Origin: an uncultured Omnitrophica bacterium
GTDB taxonomy: Bacteria > Omnitrophota > Gorgyraeia > JACQQV01
Assembly: GCA_947085655.1 (NCBI GenBank)
Contig: CAMTXH010000010.1
Coordinates: 18,015 to 82,014 of the forward strand
Direction of reading: 5' to 3'
Length of the DNA: 64,000 nt
This document shows, piece after piece, positions 61,265-64,000 of the stretch. How positions within the stretch are numbered: the stretch's first letter is position 1; the number at the start of each line of letters is the position of its first letter. The translations under genes and the position numbers were made by a program. The notes beneath the pieces were generated by a model. The model ran no database searches and was not told where the DNA came from. It was given only the letters and a program-made list of their open reading frames with translations.

Positions 61265-63366
61265 CCCCTTTCCCCGTACTGAATCTGGTAATATTCCTGA
61301 AAATCCTTCCGTTTCTTTTTTAGACGCTGCCACCACGCCTCATGGCTCTGGTACCACTGAACCGTCTCCTTGAGTGCATCCACAAAAGAGTGGCGCGGTT
61401 GCCATCCGAGCGATCGGATCTTCGTGGCATCCACGGCGTAACGGCGGTCATGACCCGGCCGGTCTTTGACAAAATCGACCAAACTTTCCGGTTTCCCGAG
61501 GATTTTGAGAATGGCCAGGGTCATCACTTTATTCGAAATTTGCTCCCCCGTTCCGACATTGTAAATTTCGCCTTCTTTTCCCTTTTTCCAGACGGTGTCT
61601 AGGGCCTCGCAGTGGTCCAGGACATAAATCCACTCCCGGACGTTTAAACCGTCTCCATAGAGAGGAAGCGTTCGGTCCTCAATCGCATTAGTGATGAATA
61701 AGGAAACCAGTTTTTCCGGGTACTGATAAGGGCCAAAGTTATTGGTACAACGCGTAATGACCACAGGCAGTTTGTAAGTTTTGTGATACGCGAGAATCAG
61801 AAGATCCGCCGCCGCTTTTGTCGCCGAATAGGGGCTGCTTGGATTGAGGGGACTTTCCTCATTAAAAACCCCTTTTTCGATGCTTCCGTAGACCTCATCG
61901 GTGTTGCCACAGAAATCGAACCTTCCATTTCTCTCGACGAGGAAATTCTTGTTGTCTTTAACCTTTAAACACCAAATATTCCCTTTATAATTAACCCTTT
62001 TGTTTCTGTGCCGGCTGATTGATTTGGCAGTATTGGCTACAAAAACATAATACGATTTACCCTCAATCTTTCTCCCGTTCAATGAAGATGCCGTATGTCT
62101 CGAATGGATGCTTGGCTTAAGATTTAATTTGATGCAAAGTTCGCAGACATCAGAAACTAATTTTTCTGAAACGGTATGATATATCTTGCCGTTGTGGCCA
62201 TCTGAGTCCATGAGCCCTTCTAATAAAGAGGTCAGATATTCTGGTGAGTAATCTAATGCCCATTGCGGAATGCGCTTATGATGGGCTCCTTGCCCGCATT
62301 GGGCAAAAAAATCCATAAGCGTTTTTGAAGAAAAATATAAATGGGTCCCCGCCTTACCGCTATGACAGCGATAGTCTATCCCTAAACGGCTTAGAGTCTC
62401 CTTTACTCTCTTGCGACATTTATCGCTCTCTGGAATATCTAGAAACATTCTATAACTGTGGCATGTGGTTACATGGTTGCCTAACTTCTCTATTGTTTTG
62501 AACTCGCCGCTTTGTTCATCTCTCGCTTTCTCAAGATACTCGCTCCTTGGGAGGCCTGTCATCGTTTCCCGCTTCTTCTCTTGATACGCAATAAAACCGT
62601 CTCCGATAAAAATACCCAAAAGGTACATGAGATCTTTTGTCTTAACACGGCCGTAATCCTTTAGATCGATATACTCCTCCTTCTTGCCTCTCCAATAAAC
62701 CTCAGGCAGATAAAAAATACTCCTTTTTGAGACTTCCTCTGCTGTTTCAACGAGCAATCTCTTCTTGGTTGTGTCAAGGATAAACATGTTATGGTTTGGT
62801 GTGACGCATAAATCGACACGCTTGTTTTTAAAATGAATCATCTCGCCCTCGTAAGGTTGGATGATCACTTTTTCTATCGGCTTAAGTTCTATTTCTTTTG
62901 TTACAGGATTTAGTGAGAAAACAAGGTCTCCTTCTTTTAATTCCTTGTATGTTTTCAGTCCTTCAGGTGTCACAGCTCTTGTCTGTTCATCGTAACAACT
63001 AACATGAATAAAACGATTCAGACTATATTTCTTCGCTGCTTCTAACAAAACATGGGTTCCGACGATATTGGTCATCACAAAGTCCTCGGCTTTCAGGATA
63101 GATCGGTCAACGTGGGTCTGTGCCGCAAAGTTGAAAAGAGCGGTGCATCCCTTCATCGTCCTTTCGACCGTTTTGGGATCGCAGATTTCCCCCTGGATGA
63201 AGGTGTAATGGGGGTTCTTTTCGAGATCGGCCAGATTTTCTCGATTTCCGCTGTAGGTCTCTTTGTCCAAATTGACCAGGTGGAGATCCGGATACCGCTT
63301 GAGGAGGAAACGGATAAAATTGGAGCCGATGAAACCGAGCCCCCCGGTCACTAAAATTTTTTTCAT
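61261..63366 (-). CDS. rfbB: dTDP-glucose 4,6-dehydratase interrupted in-frame by a 365-aa intein (mature extein about 336 aa)
   Basis: N-extein MKKILVTGGLGFIGSNF...NRFIHVS(123) | intein | C-extein TDEVYGSI...YSATKAAADLL...NNFGPYQYPEKL (213 aa); the STDEVYG catalytic motif is split between S and T. Confidence 0.85.
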   Translation of the reverse strand: MKKILVTGGLGFIGSNFIRFLLKRYPDLHLVNLDKETYSGNRENLADLEKNPHYTFIQGEICDPKTVERTMKGCTALFNFAAQTHVDRSILKAEDFVMTNIVGTHVLLEAAKKYSLNRFIHVSCYDEQTRAVTPEGLKTYKELKEGDLVFSLNPVTKEIELKPIEKVIIQPYEGEMIHFKNKRVDLCVTPNHNMFILDTTKKRLLVETAEEVSKRSIFYLPEVYWRGKKEEYIDLKDYGRVKTKDLMYLLGIFIGDGFIAYQEKKRETMTGLPRSEYLEKARDEQSGEFKTIEKLGNHVTTCHSYRMFLDIPESDKCRKRVKETLSRLGIDYRCHSGKAGTHLYFSSKTLMDFFAQCGQGAHHKRIPQWALDYSPEYLTSLLEGLMDSDGHNGKIYHTVSEKLVSDVCELCIKLNLKPSIHSRHTASSLNGRKIEGKSYYVFVANTAKSISRHRNKRVNYKGNIWCLKVKDNKNFLVERNGRFDFCGNTDEVYGSIEKGVFNEESPLNPSSPYSATKAAADLLILAYHKTYKLPVVITRCTNNFGPYQYPEKLVSLFITNAIEDRTLPLYGDGLNVREWIYVLDHCEALDTVWKKGKEGEIYNVGTGEQISNKVMTLAILKILGKPESLVDFVKDRPGHDRRYAVDATKIRSLGWQPRHSFVDALKETVQWYQSHEAWWQRLKKKRKDFQEYYQIQYGERG
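61903..62997 (-). mobile_element. intein with LAGLIDADG homing-endonuclease domain inside rmlB
   Basis: Cys1 (CYDEQTRAVTPEG, block A); TPNHNMF (block B, TxxH); two LAGLIDADG motifs (LLGIFIGDGF; LLEGLMDSDGH); block F NIWCLKVKDNKNFLVERNG; terminal ...FCGN followed by the +1 Thr; visibly lower GC than the flanking extein. Confidence 0.8.
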
Positions 63367-64000
63367 CTTTTCCTCAACTTTTCCGCAACCAGCTGATTTG
63401 CCCGGAAGAGCGATTCAAACGTCCCTGAGTCCGACCACCATCCCTCTAGGATGCCGTAGGTCATTTCTCCCTTCCGGATGTAGGCGTTATTGACATCCGT
63501 GATCTCAAGCTCTCCGCGAGCGGATGGTTTTAACGGGCGAATGATATCGAATACATGACCGTCGTACATATACACCCCTGTGACGATATAGTTGGATTTT
63601 GGTTTTTTCGGTTTTTCCTCAATCCGGGCCAATCTCCCGTTTTTAATCTCAGCCACACCAAACCTCTGGGGATCTTCCGCCTCTTTGAGCAGAATGCGTC
63701 CCCCCTTTTTCTGATTCCGGAATATATCAACTTCCTTTTGGATTCCTTTCTCCAGGATGTTGTCCCCCAAAATCACGACGATTTTCTCGCCGTTTGAAAA
63801 ATGCTCCGCCAACGACAGGGCATCGGCAATCCCGCCCTCCCCTTTCTGGTAGGCGTAGTGGATCTCCTTAAGCCCAAAGGCCTTTCCATCTCCGAGAAGT
63901 CTCAAAAAATCACCGGCGTTATTCCCTCCGGTCACGAGGAGAATGTCTCGGATGCCAGCTTCTACAAGTGTTTGGATCGGATAATAAATCATCGGTTTGT
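63363..64000 (-). CDS. rfbA: glucose-1-phosphate thymidylyltransferase, 5' end beyond the window
   Basis: internal ...PMIYYPIQTL...ILGDN...RGELEITDVNNAYI; the N-terminal G-x-G-T-R-L part lies beyond 64000. Confidence 0.85.
   Translation of the reverse strand, partial: KPMIYYPIQTLVEAGIRDILLVTGGNNAGDFLRLLGDGKAFGLKEIHYAYQKGEGGIADALSLAEHFSNGEKIVVILGDNILEKGIQKEVDIFRNQKKGGRILLKEAEDPQRFGVAEIKNGRLARIEEKPKKPKSNYIVTGVYMYDGHVFDIIRPLKPSARGELEITDVNNAYIRKGEMTYGILEGWWSDSGTFESLFRANQLVAEKLRKR

Overview
High-GC bacterial chromosomal segment in which every recognisable gene (about 75) lies on the minus strand. Most are packed with ATGA or GTGA start/stop overlaps into very long co-directional arrays. Reading minus-strand order (64000 to 1), the window contains the following. 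(1) A nucleotide-sugar / LPS-type glycan cluster: rmlA (partial), rmlB, rmlD, an Rmd-like reductase, a WbpA/TviB-type nucleotide-sugar dehydrogenase, a standalone LexA N-domain regulator, a UXS-like decarboxylase, a GT9 heptosyltransferase, GT2, an SDR with a Zn-ribbon insert, a DegT aminotransferase, GT87/DUF2029, a CDP-paratose-2-epimerase-like gene, gmhB and a GT28-like gene. (2) udg(family 4)-priA-fmt. (3) galT-gap-pgk-tpiA-secG fused to an oppABC-[SGNH hydrolase]-oppDF transporter operon. (4) thiG. (5) leuC-[RelE/YefM toxin-antitoxin plus an ORF6N gene fragment]-leuD-leuB-asd-truA, fused to a GT2 / methyltransferase / polyprenol-P-mannose synthase / DUF2723-TPR (PMT-like) module. (6) rplM-rpsI. 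(7) argCJBDFGH-lysA. (8) A ~1.9 kb low-GC island. (9) dapF-dapA-dapB-dapL-like. (10) folK-panC-panD-nadX. (11) A 47-aa basic ORF that is not in the ORF track. (12) uvrA, followed by an edge-truncated TPR gene. The most striking feature is a full-length LAGLIDADG intein (365 aa, low GC) inserted inside the catalytic S|TDEVYG motif of dTDP-glucose 4,6-dehydratase (rmlB). Further accessory signals are: a RelE/YefM module with a phage-type ORF6N remnant splitting leuC from leuD; a low-GC island between dapF and lysA flanked by 26-bp GGAATTCC-containing repeats; an ~80-bp near-identical repeat that supplies the C-termini and 3' ends of two adjacent glycosyltransferase genes; and several palindromic operator-like elements (upstream of uvrA and upstream of the epimerase/gmhB unit). 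No rRNA, tRNA or CRISPR array was seen. All functional calls rest on motif and family recognition by eye, not on database searches.
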